64,000 bases of DNA, taken from an uncultured Actinomycetes bacterium. GTDB taxonomy: Bacteria; Actinomycetota; UBA4738; JBBDTT01. The stretch covers positions 480,001-544,000 of the forward strand of contig CAVUMN010000004.1 in NCBI GenBank assembly GCA_963742735.1, read 5' to 3'. Under the pieces are notes generated by a model, which was not told the origin of the DNA, did not search any database, and worked only from the letters and a program-made list of their open reading frames with translations. Below, piece after piece: positions 1 to 8,184 of the stretch. The first letter of the stretch is position 1. Each line of letters starts with the position of its first letter. A program made the translations under genes and the position numbers.

Positions 1-248
1 TGACGGTGGCCGGCAAGTTCAAGGGCAACCTGATCGCGAAGCAGACCGCCGAGCTCGCCCGGGGTGGCAGGGTCGACGGCAACATCACGGCGAAGAGCCT
101 GATCGTGGCCGAGGGCGCGATCTTCAACGGGCAGAGCCACATGGACCAGCAGGGCCAGCAGGGCGCGCCGCCCGCGCAGAACGCGCAGCCTGCGCAGGCC
201 CCGGCCCCGCCCGCCCAGCCGCAGCCCGCCGAGGCCGCGAAGCGCTGA
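1..248 (+). CDS. Bactofilin (polymer-forming cytoskeletal protein), 5'-truncated by window edge
   Basis: VAGKFKGNLIAKQTAELARGGRVDGNITAKSLIVAEGAIFNG matches the C-terminal half of the bactofilin beta-helix; Pro/Gln/Ala-rich tail. Confidence 0.85.
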   Translation, partial: TVAGKFKGNLIAKQTAELARGGRVDGNITAKSLIVAEGAIFNGQSHMDQQGQQGAPPAQNAQPAQAPAPPAQPQPAEAAKR

Positions 249-289
249 ACCCAACCCCGCACGGCGTTCCCGAATAGGGTTCGTTCGGC

Positions 290-1552
290 ATGCTCGACCT
301 GAAGGCGATCCGCGAAGACCCCGGGCCGGCACGGACGGCCCTCGGCCGACGGGGCCTCGCGGAGGAATTGGACCGCCTTCTCGAGATCGACACTGGCTGG
401 CGCTCGCTGACGGCCGAGACCGAACGCCTGCGGGCCGAACAGAATGCGACCACGAAGCAGATCGGGAAGGCCGACCCGGCCGAGCGCGCCAGCCTCATCG
501 ACGCCAGCAAGAAGATCGGCGACCTCCTCAGCGAGAAGGAAGAGGAGCTGAAGCGGGTTGCCGCCCAGCGGGACGAGCTCCTCCTGGAGCTCCCCAATCT
601 CCCGGATGCATCCGTCCCCGACGGCGCGACCGACGAGGACAACGTCGAGCTGAAGCGCGTCGGGGAGCCGCCGTCGATCGCCGACCCCAAGGACCACGTC
701 GACCTTGGCGAGGCGCTGGGGATGATCGACCTGGAGCGCGGGGCGCGACTGTCCGGCTCGCGGTTCGCGTACCTGCTGGGCCCGAGCGTGTTCCTGGAGC
801 TGGCCCTGGTTCGGTACTGCCTGGACCTCCTCGACCCCCACGGGTTCGTCCCGGTGTCCCCGCCGGTGCTGGTCCGCGAGGAGGCCATGTACGGGACGGG
901 GTTCTTCCCCACCGACCGCTCGCAGATCTACAAGACCGAGGAGGACGACCTGTACCTGGTCGGGACCAGCGAGGTCTCGCTGGCCGGGCTCCACCAGGGC
1001 GAGATCCTGGAGGCCGGCTCGCTGCCGCGGCGCTACGCCGGCGTCTCGACCTGCTTCCGCCGCGAGGCCGGCACGTACGGCAAGGACACTCGAGGAATCT
1101 TCCGGGTCCACCAGTTCGACAAGGTCGAGATGTTCTCGTTCGCCACGCCCGAGGCGTCCTGGGACGAGCACGAGTTCCTCATCGCGCGACAGGAGGAGAT
1201 CGCCAAGGGGCTCGGCCTGCCGTACCGGTTGGTCAACGTTTGCCTGGGAGAGCTGGGGGCCCCGGCCGCGAAGAAGGTGGACCTGGAGGTGTGGCTTCCC
1301 GGCCAGGGCGCCTACCGGGAGCTGATGTCCTGCTCGAACACGACCGACTACCAGGCCCGGCGTCTGGAGTGTCGTCTGCGCGGGGAGGACGGCAACCGGC
1401 CCGTCCACACCCTGAACGGGACGGCGTGCGCGGTGGGCCGGACGTTGATCGCCCTTCTGGAAAACGGCCAGCGCGAGGACGGCTCGGTCGAGCTCCCCGA
1501 GGCCCTGCACCCGTACCTGCCGGAGGACCTTCGGGTGCTGACGCCCCGGTAG
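290..1552 (+). CDS. serS: Serine--tRNA ligase
   Basis: MLDLKAIRE N-terminus with coiled coil; class II motifs GTSE, CFRREAG, RVHQFDKVE, SCSN, HTLNGT. Confidence 0.98.
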   Translation: MLDLKAIREDPGPARTALGRRGLAEELDRLLEIDTGWRSLTAETERLRAEQNATTKQIGKADPAERASLIDASKKIGDLLSEKEEELKRVAAQRDELLLELPNLPDASVPDGATDEDNVELKRVGEPPSIADPKDHVDLGEALGMIDLERGARLSGSRFAYLLGPSVFLELALVRYCLDLLDPHGFVPVSPPVLVREEAMYGTGFFPTDRSQIYKTEEDDLYLVGTSEVSLAGLHQGEILEAGSLPRRYAGVSTCFRREAGTYGKDTRGIFRVHQFDKVEMFSFATPEASWDEHEFLIARQEEIAKGLGLPYRLVNVCLGELGAPAAKKVDLEVWLPGQGAYRELMSCSNTTDYQARRLECRLRGEDGNRPVHTLNGTACAVGRTLIALLENGQREDGSVELPEALHPYLPEDLRVLTPR

Positions 1553-1565
1553 ACTCGCCGCCCCG

Positions 1566-1652
1566 GGGGGAATGCCGGAGCGGACGAACGGGGCGGTCTT
1601 GAAAACCGCTGAGCCCGCAAGGGCTCCGGAGGTTCGAATCCTCCTTCCCCCG
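1566..1652 (+). tRNA. tRNA-Ser(TGA)
   Basis: Acceptor GGGGGAA/TTCCCCC, anticodon arm GCGGT-CT TGA AA-ACCGC, long variable arm, GGTTCGAATCC; CCA not encoded. Confidence 0.95.
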
Positions 1653-1678
1653 CCCTCCTGCGCGACCCGCCGAACTGG

Positions 1679-1708
1679 GCAGGGGGACGGATTTCCCCGT
1701 CCCCCTGC
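1679..1708. terminator. 12-bp perfect hairpin between convergent tRNA-Ser and cupredoxin gene
   Basis: GCAGGGGGACGG-ATTTCC-CCGTCCCCCTGC. Confidence 0.65.
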
Positions 1709-1725
1709 GCCCCGCGTTTGTGAGC

Positions 1726-2085
1726 TCAGCCGCCGGCGCGGACCTCCAGCGTTCCCTTCATGAAGGGGTGCACCTTGCAGAAGTACTGGTACACGCCCCG
1801 CGCGCTCGGTGCCCGGAACCGCCGAACATCGAAGAAGGCGCCCGTGTCGAAGTCGCCGCTGAAGGCGGTGACGGAGTGGGGAACGCCGCCGTTCTGACGC
1901 CCTCCGTCGACGTTCTCGACCCGGACGAGCTCGCCCGGCGAGACCTCCAGGGGTGTGGGGTGGAACGCGAATCCCTCGATCTGGATCCGCTCGAGGCGGG
2001 CGGCGCCTGCCGGGGCCACGGCCATCGCCACCAGCCCGACCAGGGCGAGCGCCAAGAACGCCCAGAACAGCTTGATCTTCCGCAA
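1726..2085 (-). CDS. Secreted cupredoxin (plastocyanin/amicyanin-like)
   Basis: TTG start after AGGAG; signal peptide; type-1 Cu ligands PHSV...YFCKVHPFMKG. Confidence 0.85.
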   Translation of the reverse strand: MRKIKLFWAFLALALVGLVAMAVAPAGAARLERIQIEGFAFHPTPLEVSPGELVRVENVDGGRQNGGVPHSVTAFSGDFDTGAFFDVRRFRAPSARGVYQYFCKVHPFMKGTLEVRAGG

Positions 2086-2103
2086 GGTGATGCTCCTTTC
2101 TTC

Positions 2104-2157
2104 CCCTCGGCCGTACGGCCGAGGGCGGATCACACCATCCCCTTTGGGCGCCGTCAA
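2104..2157 (-). promoter_or_regulatory. Sigma70-like promoter for the cupredoxin plus 22-bp perfect palindrome in its leader
   Basis: Minus strand TTGACG-N17-TGTGAT; CCCTCGGCCGTACGGCCGAGGG at 2104-2125. Confidence 0.5.
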
Positions 2158-2197
2158 GGGGAGGTGTGGGCCCCGGGCCCGCTGGTAAACTCCCGCC

Positions 2198-2287
2198 GGA
2201 GACGTGGCTGAGTGGCCGAAAGCAGCCGCCTGCTAAGCGGTTAGGGGGCGTTGAGCCCCCTCGCGCGTTCGAATCGCGCCGTCTCCG
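2198..2287 (+). tRNA. tRNA-Ser(GCT)
   Basis: Acceptor GGAGACG/CGTCTCC, anticodon loop CT GCT AA, long variable arm, TTCGAAT; -10 TAAACT at 2186-2191. Confidence 0.95.
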
Positions 2288-2291
2288 CCCG

Positions 2292-2369
<78 letters not shown>

Positions 2370-2478
2370 GTCTCAAGGGCTCGCGGAGCCACTCGCTCCC
2401 GTGAGCTTCGTGCGAGTGGGTCCCTGCGCTCTGCCGGTCAGGACGAGAATGACCGCGCCGAGGTCCACAGCCATCCTA

Positions 2479-2516
2479 TTGACCAGCTCCGCGGGACGGG
2501 TCTAACGTGCCGTCCC
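2479..2516 (+). promoter_or_regulatory. Sigma70-like promoter with inverted repeat flanking the -10
   Basis: TTGACC-N18-TAACGT; GGGACGG (2493-2499) and CCGTCCC (2510-2516) bracket the -10. Confidence 0.45.
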
Positions 2517-2540
2517 ACAGGCATCCTGAGGAGAGAGAAA

Positions 2541-3662
2541 ATGCGCCTCACCCGTTTGGTGCCGATTACGTTGGCGCTCTTGGCCTCTTCCTCAGTAGCA
2601 GCCGTCGAGACTCTGGCCACGCCGCCCAGCCCCCGGCGACGCCACCCACGGCCGCAGTCGGGATTCGCTTGCCGCTTCGCCGGTAGAGTTAGCACAGGCT
2701 GATGATCCCGGTTCCAACCGGCGCGACCATCCCGAACTCAGGCCCGGTGATGTCTTTATGGACCAGGGTGGAGTTGGCGCCGTCGTTCCCACGCCCGGTC
2801 GGGGGGTCACGATGTTTGGCTGGCGCGTCGACGACGTGGGCCAGACCCTCCGAATCGAAACCGAACCGGACGGCGCAGTGGTTGTGTTCAACGAAGGGAG
2901 GAGCGCCCCGCACCCGAAGAGGCCGGCCCGCCCGAACCCAACGGGTCCTACACAGCGCAGGGTGGTGGCACCGATGAATGCGGTGACACCCACTACCTGC
3001 TCATCGGCCATCCGACGACGCTAACCAAGTGGCTCAGCACGATGAACTGGCGATACAAGGAGACCAGCACTCCGTCGGAAGTTCAGATACCAAGCGCCGT
3101 CGACGCCCTCAAGGACGCTACGCGAAACATCACGACGGTTTTCGACAACTGCGGCTTCTCCGACACGGTGAGCGCGACGCACGCATATCTAGGGAACACG
3201 ACCCAGAGCACAAACATCATCTCCAGCCAACCCGCCTGCGGAAATGGTAACGAGCAAAGCATGGTCGAGTTCGGCGTGCTGCCAAACGGCTACGTGGCCG
3301 TCACCTGCGTCTTCGACGTACTGCACGACTTTATCGAGCAGGGCCGTTCGGCGACCATCGTAGAGTCCGACATGAAGCTCAATAGTGCGGGCCCCACTAA
3401 CGATCCCTATCTCTGGGTCGCCAACGCGGGGTCCGGCTGCAATGACAAGTTCGCCATCCGAGGGGTCGCAACACACGAGCGTGGTCATTCGTACGGGCTT
3501 GGCGACATCGATGCTGTGGCGCATCCCGAGTTGACGATGGGCATCGGTGGGCCAGCAGACTTTGATCGCATTACATGCAACGTGCCCGGCTACGAGGCAA
3601 GCGGCGAGATGCTCGCCTCGGTGGGCCTCGGTGATTATCTGGGACTGGACGATCTGTACTGA
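2541..3662 (+). pseudogene. Secreted matrixin/metzincin-type metalloprotease broken by two compensating frameshifts (real lesions or sequencing errors); intact catalytic ORF covers ~2900-3662
   Basis: Signal peptide MRLTRLVPITLALLASSSVAA from ATG 2541; removing one C near 2630 and adding one G near 2897 gives a continuous ~373-aa frame ending in HERGHSYGLGD plus Met-turn ELTM. Confidence 0.7.
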
Positions 3663-3731
3663 GCGTGGCCGCTCGGTGAATTTTTGAGCGTGCGTAAACC
3701 CACGCTCTCGTCCAAGACTTAGATAGGCCGT

Positions 3732-4271
3732 ATGGAGCGGGTCTTGGACAATCGTGCCGATCCAGAACATCAGTCCGTCGAGCCTTCCCCGGGAGGGCGA
3801 GCGGCTTGGGCGGAAGTGGAGTCCCTCTACGTTGAGGGCTTTCCGAAAGTCTTTCGGGCGGTCTACTTACTCACGTTCGACCGTGAACTCGCGCGCGAAT
3901 CCGCCCAAGAGGCGTTCGCTCGTCTCCTCGAGAATTGGACGCGACTGTCTAAGCATCCCTCGCCGATCGGGTGGGTGACGCTGACCGCCCTGAACCACTC
4001 GAGACGCCACCTGAGGCGAGCGCGGAGGGAGCCGCGAATGGCCACGTTCGGTCAACCGCCTACGAGACCAGCGGAGGACGACGTGACGCTGCGACTTGCT
4101 GTGAAGAACCTGCCAAAGCGGCAACGACAGGCAGTCGCGCTCTTCTATTTCGCCGACTTGGCGATCGAGGACGTCGCGTCAGCTCTCGGAATCAGTGCGG
4201 GGGCTACAAAAGCTCATCTCCACCGGGCCCGCGCGGCACTGGGCCAGATTCTGGGGGAATCCAATGGATAA
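3732..4271 (+). CDS. ECF sigma factor (sigma24 family)
   Basis: Region 2 (ARESAQEAFARLLENW...W...ALN) and region 4 (LPKRQRQAVALFYFADLAIEDVASALGISAGATKAHLHRAR). Confidence 0.92.
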   Translation: MERVLDNRADPEHQSVEPSPGGRAAWAEVESLYVEGFPKVFRAVYLLTFDRELARESAQEAFARLLENWTRLSKHPSPIGWVTLTALNHSRRHLRRARREPRMATFGQPPTRPAEDDVTLRLAVKNLPKRQRQAVALFYFADLAIEDVASALGISAGATKAHLHRARAALGQILGESNG

Positions 4272-5061
4272 GACCAATATCGATCGGTGGCTTCGGAGCC
4301 TTGCTACCACCGCGCCAAGTGCCGAGCCTGACATCTCTGATGTCGTACGACGTACCGAGGTGCGCTCGGTCAGGAAACGAGGATCGGCCATCGCCGCGGC
4401 GGTCGCGGTCATACTCATCGGCGCGATCCCGCTGTATTGGATCGGTCGAGCAATGGTAGGCGATCTCGCTGCGACATCAGGGCCCCACGTGGCGTGCGAT
4501 GGCCATGCAACCGCTGTCGTATCCGCCGAAGTTCGAGCGACGGCCCGGGGGGTCCAGATCGTCGTTGAGAATCGCACAACGGAACCCATCGCGGTTACGG
4601 TAGTGGGGGTCGGTGGGTCGTCTGCCGCAGTCGGAGCCAGCGCGCTCCCGTACCCGGCAGGCGGCTCGGAGTGGCCACTGCCCCCAGGTCGTCTCCTCGT
4701 GAGATGCGCGACCTCCACTGGCGGGCAGTCGAACGCAGCGGAGCTCATGGTCGAAGATCCCGACGGGCACTGGCGCCCCATCTCACTTTCGTGTAGTCCC
4801 AGGACGGGACTCACCGATCCATTTCTGGATCCAGCCTTCGCGACTGAGGGCTCTCCTGAGGAGATCGTTCGTGCCTTTTTCGCGGAGCGCTCCATAGGCC
4901 TTGGCGAGGGAGAGACCCTTGAACGCGGGGGCTACCCGGGGTCGAGCGACCCCGTCTTTCGAATACGGAGGCAATCGACGGTCCTCGCATGGGCAGAAAT
5001 GGAGAGCCCTTCTCCCGGGAGGTGGATGGTCGGTTCTTGGGCAGCTTGCGTCCAGACGTAG
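4264..5061 (+). CDS. Putative membrane anti-sigma factor
   Basis: Overlaps sigma stop by 8 nt; short N-terminal cytoplasmic part, RKR followed by one TM helix, extracellular domain with 4 Cys. Confidence 0.7.
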   Translation: MDKTNIDRWLRSLATTAPSAEPDISDVVRRTEVRSVRKRGSAIAAAVAVILIGAIPLYWIGRAMVGDLAATSGPHVACDGHATAVVSAEVRATARGVQIVVENRTTEPIAVTVVGVGGSSAAVGASALPYPAGGSEWPLPPGRLLVRCATSTGGQSNAAELMVEDPDGHWRPISLSCSPRTGLTDPFLDPAFATEGSPEEIVRAFFAERSIGLGEGETLERGGYPGSSDPVFRIRRQSTVLAWAEMESPSPGRWMVGSWAACVQT

Positions 5062-5387
5062 GCGCAGTAGTCCTGCGAATGAGATCCGACCTCGTTCGGA
5101 GAACGTAGGAAGCCCCCCAACCAAGCGGGCCACTCGCGCGCGACAACCCCGGATGCCGTTTCGCGTCCAGGTCCCTGCCGAAGTCGCGCTGACAACCGAG
5201 CTGCGGGAGCCGCAGGTCCGGCACGATACGCTTGCGAGGAAATGACCGCGAAGCGAATCTCAAGAAGGGGCTGTAACCGGTCGATTCGGTCCTTCACGTC
5301 AGGGTTCCAATAGGCTCCTGCCAGGGGCACCAGTGTCTCCGGGGCCCGAGTCCGGATCGGCCCCTTCGGGAGATTCCTCGGAGATCG

Positions 5388-5417
5388 TTGACGCGCCGCA
5401 CGCACCCTCCATACGAT
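5388..5417 (+). promoter_or_regulatory. Housekeeping sigma promoter for the secreted hydrolase pair
   Basis: TTGACG-N18-TACGAT, then GGAAGG RBS before TTG 5445. Confidence 0.6.
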
Positions 5418-5444
5418 GGGGCCCGCCTCCCTCGGAAGGTCCTC

Positions 5445-8168
5445 TTGCACTCACGACTTCAGCGCCTCGACCTCGGCCGCCGTGCCGTGACGCTGGCCAC
5501 CGCGCTCGTGCTCATGGTGGCCGCGTTCCTGGCGCCCCGGGCCCAGCCGGCGCAGGCGGACCCGGTCACGTACGCCCTGGGCACGATCAGCGCGCCGCAG
5601 GCCGTCGGCGACTCCCAGTGTCCTCCGGGCGCCTCGTGCAGCAAGTTCACCATCACCAACTGTCCCGACGGGCTGGGCGGGACCGTCAAGGCGAAGAACG
5701 GCTTCTACGCCGACCGCGCGGCGACCGGGCCCGCGAAGGGGATGGTCGTCCTGTTCTCCGGCGGCTCGGGCACCTTCTACTGGAGCAACGACAACGCCGC
5801 GTCGGAGGGGTTCGTTCAGAACCTGCGCTCGGATGGCTTCCGGGTGATCGAGGTCCGGTGGAACGGGGCCTGGGAGGCCGCGGAGAGCGGCCAGCAGGCC
5901 GGGCCGGCGCGGACGGCGTGCCGTCCGGCCACGGTGATCAACTACCTGGGGTCTCAGGTCTTCCCCACGATGGGTCTGACCCGCGTGGAGGGCCGGTGTG
6001 GGTTCTGCATCGCCGGCACGAGCGGCGGCTCCGCGGCGACGTCGTACGCGCTGTCCTTCTACGGCCTCGAGGGCCTTGTCGACGGGCTGTTCCCGATCGG
6101 CGGGCCGACCCACGCCGCGATCCGGCTGGGGTGCACGGCGCCGCGGGGCTACGAGGCGTACAGCTACAGCGGGGCCAGCATCCAGCAGGTCGACCGCCCG
6201 TACGGCTATCTGACCAGCGGGACGGGCCCCTGTTCGCTGCGCGATTCGAGCCCGTCGTGGGCCGCGCGTTGGGACCAGGACGCGGTGGACGGAACCCTCG
6301 GCAGCGACTTCGCCTACGACCACACGCGGGTGCACGTCATCGTCGGCGGCGGCGACACGCCGATGCAGAACCACTCGAGCGACTACCTCGCGCGACTCGG
6401 CGCCTCGGGCTCGCCATACGTGTCCTACCAGCAGATCCCGGGGATGCCGCACGGGATCAGCCAGAGCCCCGACGGGCTGGCGGCGTTCCGCTCGGCCCTC
6501 AACCTGAGCGACCCGGCGAAGTTCGCCGCCTGCGGCAACGGTATCGACGACGACGGTGACGGCCTGAAGGACTTCGGGCCCGACCCGGGGTGCACCTCGG
6601 CCAACGACGCCTCGGAGCGCAGCATCGGCTCGTCGGCGGCGCAGTGCGACAACGGCGTGAACGACGACTTCGACAGCCGGCGGGACTACCCGTCGGACTC
6701 GGGCTGCACCTCGCCCACGGACACGCTCGAGACGTCCACGGCCGCCTGCGACGACGGCCTGGACAACAACGGCGACGGGAAGCGGGACTATCCCGCCGAC
6801 CTGGAGTGCGCGGGGACGACCGACACCAGCGAGGGCCAGGCCCAGGCGACGTTCACCCTCACGGTGACGTCTCCCTCGAACGGACGTGTGACGAGCGCTC
6901 CGGCGGGGATCGACTGCCCGGGCGACTGCTCCGAGGCTTACGTCTCGGGAGCGTCGGTCATCCTCACGGCCTCGCCGGCGTCCGGCTTCGTGTTCTCCTC
7001 CTGGACCGGTGACTGCTCCGGCCAGTCGGGGGCGACGTGCACGCTGAGCATGAGCGCGAATCGCACCGCCGGCGCCACGTTCGTGGCCCAGCCGCCGAAC
7101 ACCCTGACCGTCAGCTCGCCGACGAACGGCCGGGTCACCAGCTCGCCGGCCGGGATCGACTGCCCGGGGGACTGCTCCCAGGCGTACTCGCCGGGCCAGG
7201 CCGTGAGCCTCACCGCGACGCCCGCCGCCGGCTACGCGTTCTCGTCGTGGGGCGGCGACTGCGCCGGCCAGTCCGGCCCGACGTGCTCGCTCACCATGAG
7301 CACGAGCCGCGCGGCGAGCGTGCAGTTCGTGGCCACCCAGGGCTCGGTCACGGTGACCAAGGCCGGGTCCGGCCAGGGGACCGTCACCAGCTCACCCGCC
7401 GGGATCTCGTGCAACGCCTCCTGCTCGGCCCAGTCCGCGTCCTTCGCGAACGGCACGTCGGTGCAGCTCACCGCGTCGCCCGCCTCCGGCTCGACGTTCG
7501 TCGCGTGGGGCGGCGACTGCTCGGGTACCGCGGCCACCTGCGTGGTCACGGCGACGGGTTCGCGCAACGTCACGGCGCGGTTCGACCAGGTCGGCGGCGC
7601 CGTCGCCACGGTCACGGTCTCGGACTCCGCGTTCACCCCGAAGACGCTGACCGTCGCGCACGGCGACAGCGTGAAGTGGATGTTCCAGGGCTCCGCCTCG
7701 CATCGAGTGCAGGACAACCGGAACCTGGGGAACTCCGGGGCGACCCCGACGGTCTGGTTCGACTCGGGAGCCAGGTCGCCCGGCGAGTCGTTCACGTACG
7801 CGTTCTGTGCGGCCGGGCTGTTCCCGTACCACTCCCCGAACGAGCCGGTGTTGATGACGGGCAGCGTCTCGGTGCAGATGCGCACCTCGGCCGCGTCCGG
7901 CTCGCCCTCCTCGACGTTCAGCCTGAGCTGGGCCTGCGGGGCGATGGCGGGGTTCCGGTTCGAGGTCGAGTACCGCTTCAAGACGTCCGGCGCGACCACC
8001 TGGGGGGCCTGGCAGGCGTGGAAGACCAATGAGGCTCTACCCAGCGGCGCGTTCGTTCCGACGAGCCTGAAGGGCGCCGGTTCCTACCAGTTCCGCTCGA
8101 AGCTCGAGAACGCGACGACGAACGTCCAGTCGGACTGGTCGCCGTTCCTCTCGATCACGGCCGCATAA
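5445..8168 (+). CDS. Large secreted protein: uncharacterised alpha/beta-hydrolase domain, 3 Cys/Asp Ca-binding repeats, 3 InlB B-repeat-like domains, degenerate cupredoxin, C-terminal beta domain
   Basis: Signal peptide ending AQA; FSGGSG, GTSGG nucleophile elbow, GGGD, GMPH; CxxGxDxDxDGxxD repeats; repeated GRVTSxPAGIDCPGDCS. Confidence 0.8.
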   Translation: MHSRLQRLDLGRRAVTLATALVLMVAAFLAPRAQPAQADPVTYALGTISAPQAVGDSQCPPGASCSKFTITNCPDGLGGTVKAKNGFYADRAATGPAKGMVVLFSGGSGTFYWSNDNAASEGFVQNLRSDGFRVIEVRWNGAWEAAESGQQAGPARTACRPATVINYLGSQVFPTMGLTRVEGRCGFCIAGTSGGSAATSYALSFYGLEGLVDGLFPIGGPTHAAIRLGCTAPRGYEAYSYSGASIQQVDRPYGYLTSGTGPCSLRDSSPSWAARWDQDAVDGTLGSDFAYDHTRVHVIVGGGDTPMQNHSSDYLARLGASGSPYVSYQQIPGMPHGISQSPDGLAAFRSALNLSDPAKFAACGNGIDDDGDGLKDFGPDPGCTSANDASERSIGSSAAQCDNGVNDDFDSRRDYPSDSGCTSPTDTLETSTAACDDGLDNNGDGKRDYPADLECAGTTDTSEGQAQATFTLTVTSPSNGRVTSAPAGIDCPGDCSEAYVSGASVILTASPASGFVFSSWTGDCSGQSGATCTLSMSANRTAGATFVAQPPNTLTVSSPTNGRVTSSPAGIDCPGDCSQAYSPGQAVSLTATPAAGYAFSSWGGDCAGQSGPTCSLTMSTSRAASVQFVATQGSVTVTKAGSGQGTVTSSPAGISCNASCSAQSASFANGTSVQLTASPASGSTFVAWGGDCSGTAATCVVTATGSRNVTARFDQVGGAVATVTVSDSAFTPKTLTVAHGDSVKWMFQGSASHRVQDNRNLGNSGATPTVWFDSGARSPGESFTYAFCAAGLFPYHSPNEPVLMTGSVSVQMRTSAASGSPSSTFSLSWACGAMAGFRFEVEYRFKTSGATTWGAWQAWKTNEALPSGAFVPTSLKGAGSYQFRSKLENATTNVQSDWSPFLSITAA
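6850..7590 (+). repeat. Three intragenic ~75-80-aa repeats (InlB B-repeat-like)
   Basis: LTVTSPSNGRVTSAPAGIDCPGDCS / LTVSSPTNGRVTSSPAGIDCPGDCS / VTKAGSGQGTVTSSPAGISC, each with W(T/G)GDC; boundaries approximate. Confidence 0.8.
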
Positions 8169-8184
8169 CGCGCGGGTAGCATGC

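Noticed and set aside
2700-2705. TGATGA in frame with the protease signal peptide as tandem selenocysteine
   Set aside because: That frame hits another TGA within ~15 codons; the frameshift model explains the region better
6530-7590. CRISPR-like or non-coding repeat array
   Set aside because: Repeats are degenerate, in frame and encode protein domains; no cas genes
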